From contig NW_026575257.1 of assembly GCF_028641065.1 (NCBI RefSeq), positions 1 through 58,301 of the forward strand: DNA of 58,301 nucleotides, written 5' to 3'. How positions within the stretch are numbered: the stretch's first letter is position 1; each line of letters opens with the position of its first letter. This DNA comes from Leucoraja erinacea (Eukaryota). Below the pieces are notes generated by a model. That model was not told the origin of the DNA. It did no database searches and worked only from the letters and a program-made list of their open reading frames with translations. The position numbers were made by a program, and so were the translations under genes. Shown here piece by piece: positions 12,379 through 24,431 of the stretch.

Positions 12379-12626
12379 TTTTTACACAGAGAGTGGTGAA
12401 TCTGTGGAATTCTCTGCCAGAGAAGATAGTTGAGGCCAGTTCATTGGCTATATTTAAGAGAGAGTTAGATGTGGGCCTTGTGGCTAAAGGGGTCAGGGGT
12501 ATGGAGAGAAGGCAGGGACGGGATACTGAGTTGGAAGATCAGCCATGATTATATTGAATAGCGGTGCAGGTTCGAAGGGCCGAATGGCCTACTCCTGCAC
12601 CTATTTTCTATATTTCTATGTTTCTA
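12379..12626 (+). mobile_element. CR1 3' end, (TTTCTATG)n-tailed subfamily, candidate TSD TGATGT
   Basis: FFTQRVVNLWNSLP; TGATGT at 12373-12378 and 12627-12632. Absent from the paralogous site at ~25755. Confidence 0.8.
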
Positions 12627-13363
12627 TGATGTACGTTGGAAGGACAGAAAAACATAGGCCGTTCACAATTTGTAGCTTTACGTATAGTTATGGTAGGTAC
12701 TGGGAATATGGGGATGCATTGGAGATGGTGCAGGCGAGGACAGAATGCTGCCCAGTTTAGAGGTTATGGAATGTAAGAGGTTTGACGGAGTTGCCTCTTT
12801 AAACAGTAACCCAAATCTCACTATCACCTGGGATCCACTTGCGCTCGAAATGACAGCTTATAATGGCAGACAGAAAGATTCGTCTAAATGAGCAGTCTTG
12901 AATTTATCAAAGAAGTCCGTTACTTCAAGGCCTTAACAGTACATACTGCGAAACACTGAGAGTACCAGGCGTGTATAATGATTCAAAGCATCTACAGATT
13001 GTATATATCCGGTGACACAATGGTTACACGCGGATTGTTTATAATAATGAATCAGTGATCAATGTATCCGGTAATCTTCCTGTATTCACCGCTTCCACCA
13101 CAGCACACTCATATTTATTCTTCCCCAGTGTTATCTTTATTCTTCGAATAACCCGGTGCCAATTCTGCATCCACCATTCAAAGTATTTATCCCTCGTCAT
13201 CCAACGTTTTAGACTGTCACTTTGCGAGCGAGTCGATGTATTTGCATAAGTTTACGGTCTCTGTAAATTGCCCATCGTGTGTAGGGGCCGGATGCGGATC
13301 TACTGTAGCGCAGAACAAGTGTGAATGGGTGATCTAGCGTGGACTCAATGGTACCTTTTACAT

Positions 13364-13430
13364 CAGTGGTTCTTAACCTGGTGGTCGGGACCCCCATGAG
13401 GGGTCGTTTGGGGCTTTACCGGGGGGACAG
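13364..13430 (+). mobile_element. hAT/Charlie-type MITE end
   Basis: CAGTGGTTCTTAACCT..GGTCGGGACCCCC is a typical hAT-Charlie terminus. The partner TIR was not found. Confidence 0.5.
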
Positions 13431-14322
13431 GAAGTGGTCATAAATAACTTCCATTTGTTGAGCCCATTTTTTTGAACCTAAGAGAGGTAAAACCACATGA
13501 AGCATTTTGTTCGCATATGCGCGTACCCCTGCCTCGTTTACTCATATAATCAACACTCCTCTCCCTCTGAACGTTTTCGATATTAGACTTATCCCTGCTA
13601 TTGCACTTGCAGAACGATATCACATTTGCTGTTCCCAAGATATCCTGTACATTGACAGCGCCAAGAATAACATGAACACGGCTATCAGGTTCCCAATGAT
13701 CGTCTCTCCTCATCTGATCCGGGGGATCTATCCAAGTTTCAACCTGCGATGATATTTGACGACCCCATAAATAATGTCACATGTTCTAGTATTTCACTGC
13801 CAGCTATGCTATTTCTGGAATAGTTCTCTTCCCCGCAGTGAGTTCAGGTGGAGGGTATTTCTACGAGGTTATTTCCATAATCAACCACGTCAAGGATCGC
13901 CACATTCTGGCTAGTTATGCTCTTGTTGTAATAAATGTATTAATAGGAATTTGGGATTTCACGTGACCGTCTCATTAAATGATCCGTTTGTGATCCATTG
14001 TTGTTTCACTTCCGGTGTATGTTATGATTTCCTGTACTTGCAGAAATAGACAAATGGGTCCAGTGTAGATGGGGACACGTTTGGCAAGGAAGTGGCTGAA
14101 GGTCTCTATCCTCTGCTGCACGATGCTATGAATCAACGTTTCTATAATTGTAATCTCCAGCCCCCCCCCCCCCCCCCCCCCCCCCAGGCAGCGAACTGCA
14201 TACACACAGCACCCCCTTGTTAGAATCGAACCCAAACATCTGGCTCTATGAGCCAACTGGTCTTGCACCGGGCCGCCAGGTTTCACCTTGACCTTGGTTC
14301 GAGTGAAATTGGTTATTTGTGA

Positions 14323-16882
14323 TCACACTGCCAAGGGAGTTTACAGTGGTGTTCCTCACTGCTGTTTACATACCACCACAATCTAACGCTAAGCTAGCAC
14401 TGGCTAGTCTGCATGATGCTATCCACCAGCTGAAAAACAACCACCCAGACGGCGTGTTTTTAATAGCAGGATACTTCAATCACGCCAAGCTGAAGACTGT
14501 AATGCCAACGTTTCACCAGTGTATTGATTTTCCGACCAGAGGAAACAATATCTTGGACCAGGTCTACTGCAACATTGCCAAGGGCTACAAAGCGTCCCCC
14601 TGCCCCCATCTTGGCCGATCCGATCACATCAGTCTGTACTTAACACCTGCATACAGACCCCTCATTGCAAGGACAAAGCCAACAGTTCGCACCATCATGG
14701 TCTGGCCAGAAGGAGGCATGGACAGGCTACAGAACTGCTTTGAGTACACTGATTGGGACATCTTTAAACAGGCTGCCACTCACAACAACCACACAGACCT
14801 CAGCACCTACTCCTCATCAGTATTAGATTACATCACCTTCTGTATGAACAGTGTCACCACACAGAGGACAATACTGACACTCCCCAACCATAAGCCATGA
14901 ATGAATGGCGCTGTAACTGGTCTGCTGAAGGCCCGGAATGCAGCTTTCCACTCAGGTGATGCAGAGGCCTACAGAACAGCAAGGTCCAGTTTGAGGAAGG
15001 GCATCAGGGAAGCAAAGCACCGCTACACGAAGCGTATCGAGGAGCATTTTAACAGCTCAGACTATCGACGCGTGAGGCAGGGCATCACAACCATCACCGG
15101 CTACAACAGCTCCACACACGCACAAAGCTCATCCCTCCCTGACGACCTGAACTGTTTTGCCAGGTTTGATTGTGCCGACAGCAGTGACAACATACGGGCA
15201 CAGCAGGGACCCTCACCACCGGTGCTGACTCTGAGCCCCCACGACAGGGACCCTCACCACCGGTGCTGACTCTGAGCCCCCACGACGTGAGACGGACCCT
15301 GACACTGAGCCCCCACGACGTGAGACGGACCCTGCAGCACATCAACCCCAACAAGGCCACCGGACCTGACGGAGTACCAGGGCGGGTTCTGAAGCACTGC
15401 GCAGGGGAGCTGACTGCGGTGCTCACGGACCTGTTTAACACCTCCCTGCTGCAGGCCTCCGTCCCCACATGCCTCAAGACAGCCACAATCATCCCTGTGC
15501 CAAAACAATCAGCCATCAGGTCCCTCAACGACTATAGGCCGATGGCGCTGACACCGGTGGTGATGATGTGCTTCGAACGTCTAGTACTGGGACACTTGAA
15601 TAACAGCATCCCCTCCCCCCCTCCTGAGACCACCACCAATTTCCCTATAGGGCAAACAGGTCGACGGAGGACGCAATGTCACTGGCCCTCCACTTCATCC
15701 TGACACATCTTGACCAGCGGGACAGTTATGTGCGGATGCTATTCATAGATTATAGCTCCGCCTTTAACACCATCCCCTCCATAAACTAGTCACCAAGCTG
15801 GACCATCTGGGCCTCAACACACACCTGAGCAGCTGGGTCCTGGACTTTCTCACCGGCCGACCACAGACTGTGCGCATGGGGAGGCAGGTCTCCTCCAGCA
15901 TCACCCTGAACATCGGTGCACCACAGGGCTGTGTGTTGAGCCCCTTCCTCTTCTCCCTCTACACTCTCGACTGCAAACCCACCCACGAGGCCAACACCAT
16001 ATTAAAGTTTGCAGATGACACCATCGTGGTAGGCAGGATCACGAGTAACAACGAGGCCGCCTACAGGACAGAGGTAGAAAACCTGGTGAGCTGGAGCCGT
16101 GAGAACAACCTGATCCTCAACGCAGCAAAAACAAAGGAGATGATCCTGGACTTCAGGAGGAGACCGAAGACCTTCGCCCATCAGCCCATCACCATTAACG
16201 GCGAGACAGTGGAGGCTGTGCAGAACATCAGGTACCCGGCGTCAACATCAGCCACGACCTGACCTGTACCGTCAACATCACGGCGACGGCCAAGAAAGGA
16301 CTTCAAAGGCTTCACTTCCTGAGGTGCTTGAAGAGGGCACGTCTCCCACAACAGCTGCTGGTGAGCTTCTACAGGTCAGCCATCGAGTCAGTTCTCACAT
16401 ACTGCATCACAGTATGGTACTCTGGCTGCACCGCAGAGAACAGGAAAGCTCTCCAACGCGTCATTAAGACTGCTGAGAGGATCACTGGCACCCAGCTCCC
16501 CAGACTGGAGGACATCTACCTGACCCGCTGCATCCGGAGGGTCAAGGGCATCATTAGAGACAGCACACACCCTGGACACTGCCTCTTCACCCCCCTGCCC
16601 TCAGGAAGACGATACAGGACACTGAGCGCCCGCACAACAAGACTAAAAAACAGCTTCTACCATAGAGCTGTGACACTACTGAACTCTATCCCCCTCCCAC
16701 ACTGAATCCCCCCTCTCTCTCACACACCCGCCCATACTCCTATATGGTTATAGTCTATTTTTTTTAATAGTTCTTTTTTAAACGTATTTTTATACTCATA
16801 TTCCTGTGCAGCTGGAGGACTGCTCCAACAAAATGTCGTTGTCTTGTACAATGACAATAAAGATTATTGTTATTATTATTAC
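14323..16882 (+). mobile_element. Rex1/Babar-type LINE, 5'-truncated and disrupted
   Basis: APE C-terminal part (VYIPP...TRGNNILD...SDH), RT ([31 protein letters not shown]) and C-terminus (FYRSAIESVLTY...LPSGRRYR), with an (ATT)n tail. Absent from the paralogous site at ~31450. Confidence 0.88.
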
Positions 16883-16914
16883 TGTGTGTCAGGAAATTAC
16901 TGTGTCTGTGAAAC

Positions 16915-17260
16915 GTCGCGACCCGAAACCTCACCTATTTACAGATAGTCACAAAACGCTGGATTAACCCAGCTGATCAGCAGCACCTCTTCAGACCATT
17001 GATAGGTCACTTTTCGGGTCGGAAACCTTATTCGGTCTGAAGAAGATTTCCGTCCAGAAATGTCACATATCTATGTTGTCGAGAGATGCTGCCTGACCTG
17101 GTGAATTCCTGCAACATTTTGTGTCAATCTTCGGTATTAACCATCTAGTGTAGATTCTTGTTATTACGTCACTATCTATGTTCCCCAGAGACGCTGCCTG
17201 ACCCGCAGATGTACTCCAGCATATTGTGCATTCTTTACGTAAACGAACATCTGTTGGTAT
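16915..17260. repeat. Penelope-derived inverted-repeat cluster
   Basis: Terminal-repeat arms in opposite orientations around CTGAAGAAG..GAAATGTC (17037-17064). Paralog at 31480-31820. Confidence 0.6.
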
Positions 17261-17270
17261 CTGGATTAAA

Positions 17271-18066
17271 GTTGGTGAGTTTCCTTTATTTTCATTCAAA
17301 CTATTTCGTTTGAACAAAATTGGGTACCTTGCAGTCACGACAGAAAATACAGTAGCAGAACACACAATAAACACAGTTTAACACAAACATCCATTACAGT
17401 GAATCTCCAGGCACCTCCTCACTGTGATGGAAGGCAAAAAGCCTTAAAGTCTTATATCTTCCTTCCTTGTTCTCCCTCTGCGTTGAGGCGATCCAGGCTT
17501 TCGATGTTGGCCCCCCGCCGGGTGATGGTAAGTCCCGCGGCCGAATCCAATCTCCGCGAACGGGCCGATTCAAACTACGCGACCCGGGGAGGACGAAGCT
17601 GCCACCCTCCAGTCCAGTGGTCGAAGATGTTATTATGGGAGCTCCGGCCAATCGGTCACCAACCTGGGACCTGCGAGCTCCCGATGCTGTCGTCCACTGG
17701 GCCCGCGGCTGAAGCCTCCGAGGCCCCGAAGTCGGGCCGCAGCGACAGCGACACCACAGCCCCGAAGTCGGCCAGCTTCGCGCTGGTGAGTCCGGGCTCT
17801 GCCTCCGGAGCCTCAAGGTAGGTCCCGTTGGAGGCCGCCAGCTCCACTATTAGGCCTCAGTGCAGACGGCGACGTAGACGGAGATACGACAAAGAAAAGG
17901 TCGCAACCCCTTGAAGGAAGAGGTTAAAACAAGTTTCCCACCTCCCACACATACACAACTAAAATTAAACTAAAACATACATCTAAAAGGCAAATGAAAA
18001 CACAACAAAAGCAAAGACAGACGGACTGCAGGCGAGCCGTAGTTGCATTGGCAGCGCCGCCCCTTC
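17271..18066 (-). mobile_element. Non-autonomous GC-rich element, same family as 4040-4771
   Basis: Shared sequence blocks; empty site visible in the paralog at ~31830. Confidence 0.6.
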
Positions 18067-18421
18067 TGCAGTAAATTACCCGTCACACAATTAGTTGCAG
18101 ATGTAATTCTAGCAAGATATCTATCCTGATAATTGCTATGATGTGAACGTGGTTAGTTCTGTAAAGACCCCATTATCAGCCTGCGGATGTTGCACCTGCA
18201 GACTCCTCCTCGTGATTCTGCCCTCTGATGCTGTGTGGATTTCGCATGGTCACCCTGCCGCCGCGGGGATTTATATCGTGGCCACAAGATCCCCTCGACG
18301 TCCCAACCACGCTATTGGTTGACAGAGTAAATAGCTTCCATGATGCGGCCCTGTTGATGCCGGGCTGTTGTAGCATCAGTGGTCATTTGAGTGCAATTTA
18401 AATAGATACATTGAATATGGA

Positions 18422-18640
18422 GGAAGGAATTGCAGACGCTGGTTTAAACGGAAGATAGGCAAAAAACAGCTGGAGTAACTCAGCGGGACAGGCAGCATCT
18501 GTGGAGAGATGGAATGGTGGCGTTTCAGTCGAGAGCCTTCTTAAGTCAGGATCCCGACCGGAAACATCACCCATTCCTTCTCTCCTGAGATGTTGCCGGT
18601 TCGGCTGAGTTACTCCTGCATTTTGTGTCTATCTTCGGAT
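18422..18640. repeat. Palindromic Penelope-derived element (~200-bp hairpin)
   Basis: Left arm GCTGGAGTAACTCAGCGGGACAGGCAGCATCT pairs imperfectly with right arm AGATGTTGCCGGTTCGGCTGAGTTACTCCTGC. Confidence 0.75.
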
Positions 18641-20089
18641 ACATTGAATGGGCGTTCGTCGGTTAAATTGACTGAAGCGGTTACCCTGATGTTTGGCATT
18701 GATTGGGAGGTCGGAACGGCCGCTCGCGCATTAAGATGCAATAACACAATGTAGAAGAAGACTTACTTTCGAAAGGAATTTTCTGATTCACCGGGACATT
18801 ACAGACACTTTAATGATTTGAACAACAAAACGAATGGGCTCTTAATCACATATATAAATTCATCCATGATTTTTTTCTGGGACACCCCATAAATAAAGGT
18901 GCTGGTGCAAGCATGCAGGGCCCTCAGCTTGTATCCGGACAGTTCTGCAACGGTAAATGGGTCGTTGTAATCTGACCCTAAAAGATGAACGTCGAGGAAG
19001 TTTACACTCGTGAAACACACGAAGGTCACCATCCACAGTAGTATGAAGTTACCGGATATGGCCAACAATAGAATGATGGACTTCCGTCGGTTCTCCACCT
19101 CTTGATCAGCGCCGCTCCCGGTTTTGTTGCCCTGTCGGAGACCGCTCCGCACTCTATTAGCGTGTATAATGTGTTTGATTGTCAGGGCGTTGAGTAGAAT
19201 AATCAGTAACATTGGTATGACTGGGGGTTACAATGGTTTCCATGACCGAAAATGCTGCCCCTATCGGTGTGGTGTAGACATCTGATGCTATCCAACAGTA
19301 CCAAGCCACGTTGTCAATTATGTGCAGAGGTGCGAGGAAAATATACACTGGAACATTTTGAATGATACTTAATATACACGTTACGGTTATCACCACAGCT
19401 GCAGTTTTCTCAGTGCAATATTTAGCTCGTAAACTCTGATTACAAATAGTGATAAATCGATCGAAGGTGAAAGTCACCGTTAGCCAGACAGAGCAATCAA
19501 TGGAAATACAAATAAACAAAATACGCAGCTTACAGATGTGAGATAAGTTGAGGAAATAATACGGATAATAGGCACCTGACATCTCTGAAATAATTACTTC
19601 GAAGATCAGAATCATTAGATTAGCCACGGCCATGGATAGCAGGTAGCGGGTGATACATTTGGAGAGACCACACTTTCCCCGGGAGAGAATGACGATTGCC
19701 AACAGGTTAGCTGTAGAAAAGAGGAAATTAAAACCAATGACCATCGTTCAATGTTCCAGGAGCATGTTAGTTTGACACATCATCGTTCGAAAGTGAGTGG
19801 ATTATATGATATTGTATCTCGCATCGAGGTGATCGGCAGGGGAATGGCCACCCGGACATTCCTCGGTATCAATCACAGACTGATTTCAGGATGCGCATGT
19901 GCATCCAAATAACGCCTATGTTAACCTGACCGGAATTACTTCATAAGGCGTACAATTTTTACCACCGTTTACCCTCAAAGGAAATTGACAGCAGTAACGC
20001 TGCTTCCTGTTTAGCTCCAGCGTCGCAGAATCGATACTAATTACTGTTATTGTTTGTGTGGAATTTGCACCTTTTGCCCGTGTTCACGT

Positions 20090-20405
20090 TGGCATGCCTG
20101 CGTGACTGATTGTTTGATTCAATGTCTTCCCTGCCTTTCGATGCCTCGCCTTGCCTTCAATGAATTCCATTCAATGCCTTGTCTTGCTTTCAATGCTTAG
20201 TATTGCCTTCCCATCAATGTCTTCCCTTGACTTCAATGGATTGCAGTCAATGTCATGCCTTGCCTTGTCTTCAATGCCATGACATTAATGACTTGCCTTG
20301 CATTTAATGCATTGCCTTCGATGCCTCCCCTTGCGTTGCCGTCAAAGCCTTGCCATCCAATCCTGTCTTTAATGCTTTACCTTACATACCTTGCCTTACC
20401 TTGCC

Positions 20406-20467
<62 letters not shown>

Positions 20468-20500
20468 CGATCGATTGATTGCTTGATTGATAGATAGATA
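20090..20500. repeat. Degenerate (TGCCT/CAATG)n repeat followed by a (GATT)n microsatellite
   Basis: Directly visible; GATT array at ~20408-20500. Paralog at 34868-34945 and 35565-35815. Confidence 0.85.
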
Positions 20501-21319
20501 CTGCATGGTCACAGTTCACCGGCACACCTAGATTGCCGTCCCATTCATACCAGTCCCCCATTCATAGCAGTGGAAGAAATTACAGAATGCAGTTTACCGT
20601 CAAATCAGGACGGGTTGAACGACGGCACCAGAGCTCCAGGATCTTTAGGATGCGGGAGAAACAAGACCTGATGGATGATTCAACGTTGTCCCGAAGAAAA
20701 TGTACAAACTCCACCCGGAAACGATGGAGGTCGGGACCAAACCCGGGTCACTGATGCTGTCAAACAGAAGCACGAGGTTTTGTCCTTGGAAAGAGCTCCG
20801 ATGTCCTTCTACTTGCGAAATATTGCTGGCTGGTCGGATACTCATACCTTGTCTGTAATGAATCGGCCTCTGGCAGAAACTTTAGGGAAATTGAGAAGTG
20901 CATGTGTAAACGAACATCAGCCGATGAATCCAATTGTAGTTGGTCACGACACACGCTAGATGGGCCGAACCTGCCGCCTTCTATATCGGAGGGGCTGTGT
21001 TCGCCTAACTCGATATCAGTCCGCTTCGATTTGGCGATGGAGACTTATCACAGTCCTGGTTTTGTGAACAGCGCCAATGGACACAAAAACATCTGCACCA
21101 GCTGCACATTGGTGTAACACAACATCTACGGGCAAATATCAATTACTGGGCGACCGACAGAACCGGTAAATATGAGGCCATTAGCAGATACCCCTTGGCA
21201 TGGGGTCGTCTATATCTCCTTGAGAGGGACATGGATAGATGAATTGCTCATGACTAATAACACGATGATAGCCATTTCCGATCACAGGACATAGAACATT
21301 TGTATAATATAGAACATAG

Positions 21320-21500
21320 AACGCCAGCAGAGACCAACCCGGTCTGTGAGAATCTTATACGTTCTGCATGTGCCCGCATCAGTTTCCTCCAGGTGTTATA
21401 ATCTTCCCTCATCCGGAAAACCTGCGGGTTTGTAGGTAATTTCGACCCGTACACATTGTCCCTCGCGCGCAACGAGTGCATGAGACACTGGGTTAACATA
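21320..21500 (+). mobile_element. Degenerate V-SINE/HE1-type SINE (paralogs ~23955-24130 and ~36630-36810)
   Basis: Core-like GTTTCCTCC...GGTTTGTAGGTAA..ATTGTCCC motif. Confidence 0.55.
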
Positions 21501-21570
21501 GAATAAATGTGCCTGTCTACATGACACTGGATTTACCGGCCATAGATTAAAGCGATTGTTTATTTTAGAT

Positions 21571-22717
21571 GTTCAAGAAGGAACTGCAGATGCTGGAAGA
21601 TTGAAGGTACACAAAATGCTGGAGAAACTCAGCGGGTGCAGCAGCATCTATGGAGCGAAGGAAATAGGCGACGTTTCCGGCCGAAACCCTTCTTCAGACT
21701 GATGGGCGGTGGGAGGGAGAAGGAAGGGAAAATGGAAGAGGAGGAGCCCGAGGGCTGGGGGATGGGAGGAGACAGCTCGAGTGTTAAGGAAGGGGAGAAG
21801 ACAGCAAGGGCTAGCAAAATTGGGAGAATGCAATGTTCATGCCATCCGGACGTAAGAAACCCAGGCGGAATATGAGGTGCTGTTCCTCCAATTTCCGGTG
21901 TTGCTCACTCTGGCAATGGAGGAGACACAGGGCAGAGAGGTCGGATTGGGAATGGGAGGGACAGTTGAAGTGCTGAGCCACCGGGAGATCAGGTAGGTTA
22001 TTGCGCACTGAGCGGAGGTGTTCGGCGAAACGATCGCCCAACCGCCGCTTAGTCTCCCCGATGTAGATCAGCTGACATCTAGAGCAGCGGATGCAGTAGA
22101 TGAGGTTGGAGGAGATGCAGGTGAACCTTTGTCGCACCTGGAACGACTACTTGGGTCCTTGAATGGAGTCGAGGGGGGGGGGGGGGGGGGGGGGGGGTGA
22201 AGGGACAGGTGTTGCATTTCTTGCGGTTGCAACGGAAAGTGCCCGGGGAGGGTGTGGTACGGGAGGGAAGGGAAGAATTGACAAGGGAGTTGCGGAGGGA
22301 GCGGTCTTTGCGGAAGGCAGACATGGGGGGAGATGGGAAGATGTGGCGAGTGGTGGGGTCACGTTGGAGGTGGCGGAAATGGCGGAGGATTATGTGTTGT
22401 ATTTGCCGGCTGGTGGCGTGAAAGGTGAGGACGAGGGGGACTCTGCCCTTGTTCCGAGTGCGGGGATGGGGAGAGAGAGCAGTGTTGCGGGGTCTGGATG
22501 AGACCGTGGTGCGAGCCTCATCTATGGTGCCGGAGGGGAATCCCCGTTCCCTGAAGAACGAGGACATTTCCGATGCCCTGGTATGGAATGTCTCATCTTG
22601 GGAACAGATGCGGCGTAGGCGGAGGAATTGGGAGTAGGTGATGGAGTCTTTACAGGGGGCAGGGTGGGAAGACGTGTAGTCCAGATAGCCATGTGAGTCA
22701 GTTGGTTTGTAGTGTAC
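21571..22717 (-). mobile_element. Penelope-like element, 5'-truncated: RT thumb, GIY-YIG endonuclease and terminal repeat with hammerhead core
   Basis: YKPTDSHGYLDYTSSHP...SQFLRLRRICS (22079..22792 frame) and NLIYCIRCSRCQLIYIGETKRRLGDRFAEH (21811..22137); frameshift in a poly-G run. Absent from the paralogous introns. Confidence 0.92.
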
Positions 22718-23151
22718 TAGCACGTCTATTTTTAACAGTGAGCCAGAGACGGCGAAATATAAAACGCTTACCAGGAACACCAATGGTGACAAGGATAGGG
22801 TAGAACACGTGTTCTACCTGGTTGACGACCCGTACACGACCAGGGATAATTCACGTTTCCTACCCATGGTATGACAGGTCGCTTGCTTTTAAAGATAACA
22901 TGCTTTTAACGACTCGTTAAGTTGCTTTTAACATATTCTCCAGATAAACCCTATGATGCCTAATCAAGGCAAATGAATTGAGATTAGTGTCAGTCAAATA
23001 AAGTTAGCAACATCACGTCTGCTACTTCTAATAATTATGGAATTGCTTAATACCTGCCAGCAGAGTTGGTTAATCTCTAAAATGGGGAATATATGATAGA
23101 ATATAGAGATCATTGTAAGTAATGATTGGTATTCTACACACTTCTATTTCT

Positions 23152-23159
23152 ATTTGCAT
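23152..23159 (-). promoter_or_regulatory. POU octamer ATGCAAAT upstream of copy 2
   Basis: Perfect octamer in the conserved upstream block, ~315 nt before the former start codon. Confidence 0.45.
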
Positions 23160-23202
23160 TCTCAGTTCCCTGCAGCAAAGTAACGTGTGTTGCCGATAAT
23201 CA

Positions 23203-24350
23203 CCAGCACCAAGCCAAGTTGTCAATTGTGTATAGCGGTACGAGGGAAATATACACTGGAATGTACACGTTAATGTTATCACCAGAATCCGCAGTTTTCT
23301 CAGTGCAATATTTTGGTCGTAAAATCTAATTACAAATAGTGATAAATCGATCGAAGGTGAAATACACCGTTAGCCAGACAGAGCAGTCAATGAAAATGAA
23401 ATTAAACAAAATACGAAGGTTACAAATATGAGATAAGTTGAGGAACGTGCACGGAAAATATGCAGCTGATATTTCAGAGAGAATTACCGTGATATCGACA
23501 GTGTATCGGCCCCAGTCGGAAACTTTGGGGAAAATGCGAAGGCATGTGAAAAGGAAAAGCCGCCGGTGAATCCAATTGCAGTTCGATACGACGCAAGCTA
23601 GATGGACCGAACCTGCCGCCTTCTATATCGTATTCATCTAATTCGCTATCAGTCCGCTTGGATTTGGCGATGAAGAATGACTACAATCCTGCTTCTGTGA
23701 CCATCTCCAATGGAGTTAAACGCATCAGCACCAGCTACATATTGGCATCACACAACATCTACGGGCACATGTTAATTACTGGGCGACCGACAGAACCGTT
23801 AAATACAAGGCGCATCAGCAGATGTGCCGTGGCAGGGGATCGTCTTTCTCTCCGTGGGAGGGAAATCGATAGATTCATTGCTCATGTCTAATAACATGAT
23901 GATAGCCAGTTCCCATCACAGGACATATAACACTTGTAGAACATGGAACATTGAACGCCAGCGGAGACCAACCCTGTCTGTGTGAATCTTACACGTTCTA
24001 CATGTGGCCGCGTCAGTTTCCTCCAGGTGGTACCGATTCTTCCATCATCCGAAAAACGCGTGGATTTGTAGGTAAAAACGCTTCCGTAAAAATTGTTCCT
24101 CGTACGCAAGGAGTGAATGAGAAACTGGGATACCATCTAACTGTATGGCACTGGACCTACCGACCACAGAAGCGATTGGGTATTTTAGATTTTCGGTGTC
24201 AATAATTGGATCAGATAAGCATTAAGTAATAGCTCATCTATGTTTAACAGTAAAATCTAGACGGTGAAATATCGGCAGAGAATTATAAAGGGCTTATCAG
24301 GAGCACCAATGATGACAAGAATGGGGTAGAAAACGTTTTCTAGCTGGATT
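23203..24350 (-). pseudogene. GPR139-like pseudogene, copy 3, heavily deleted (partial exon 1 ~24350-24298; internal exon 2 fragment ~23488-23203)
   Basis: The fragment translates VILSEISAAYFPCTFLNLSHICNLRILFNFIFIDCSVWLTVYFTFDRFITICN*. The exon 1 remnant reads LENVFYPILVIIGAP with the donor mutated to G|ATAAG. Confidence 0.82.
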
Positions 24351-24431
24351 AGTTTCAGTGATTTAAACAAACAAAGTTTGCCAGATCACGTTTGCAAATT
24401 CTATTTATGGAATTGCGTAATAACTGCCTGC

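Larger units (their letters stand above)
18799..22837 (-). pseudogene. GPR139-like GPCR pseudogene, copy 2 (exon 1 ~22837-22772; exon 2 19710-18799)
   Basis: Close paralog of the intact gene. Splice sites are intact (G|GTAAG, TACAG|CT), but exon 1 has ATG>GTG plus a 4-nt deletion, and exon 2 has a +1 frameshift in the G-run at 19223-19227. Confidence 0.88.

Noticed and set aside
13507-13752. Short ORF with a same-frame homolog at 26474-26698
   Set aside because: Explained by the segmental duplication; many non-synonymous changes, different ends and no recognisable domain.
19711-19744. Upstream ATG of ORF 19157..19744 as a single-exon start
   Set aside because: It lies in the intron pyrimidine tract. 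The true junction is TACAG|CT at 19710, as in the paralogs.
22718-22792. Hydrophobic N-terminus of ORF 22079..22792 as a signal peptide fused to the Penelope protein
   Set aside because: Chance read-through of receptor exon 1 and intron sequence, in a different frame, into the truncated element.
22772-22870. Alternative ATG at ~22867 rescuing copy 2
   Set aside because: Out of frame; it reaches TAG within exon 1.
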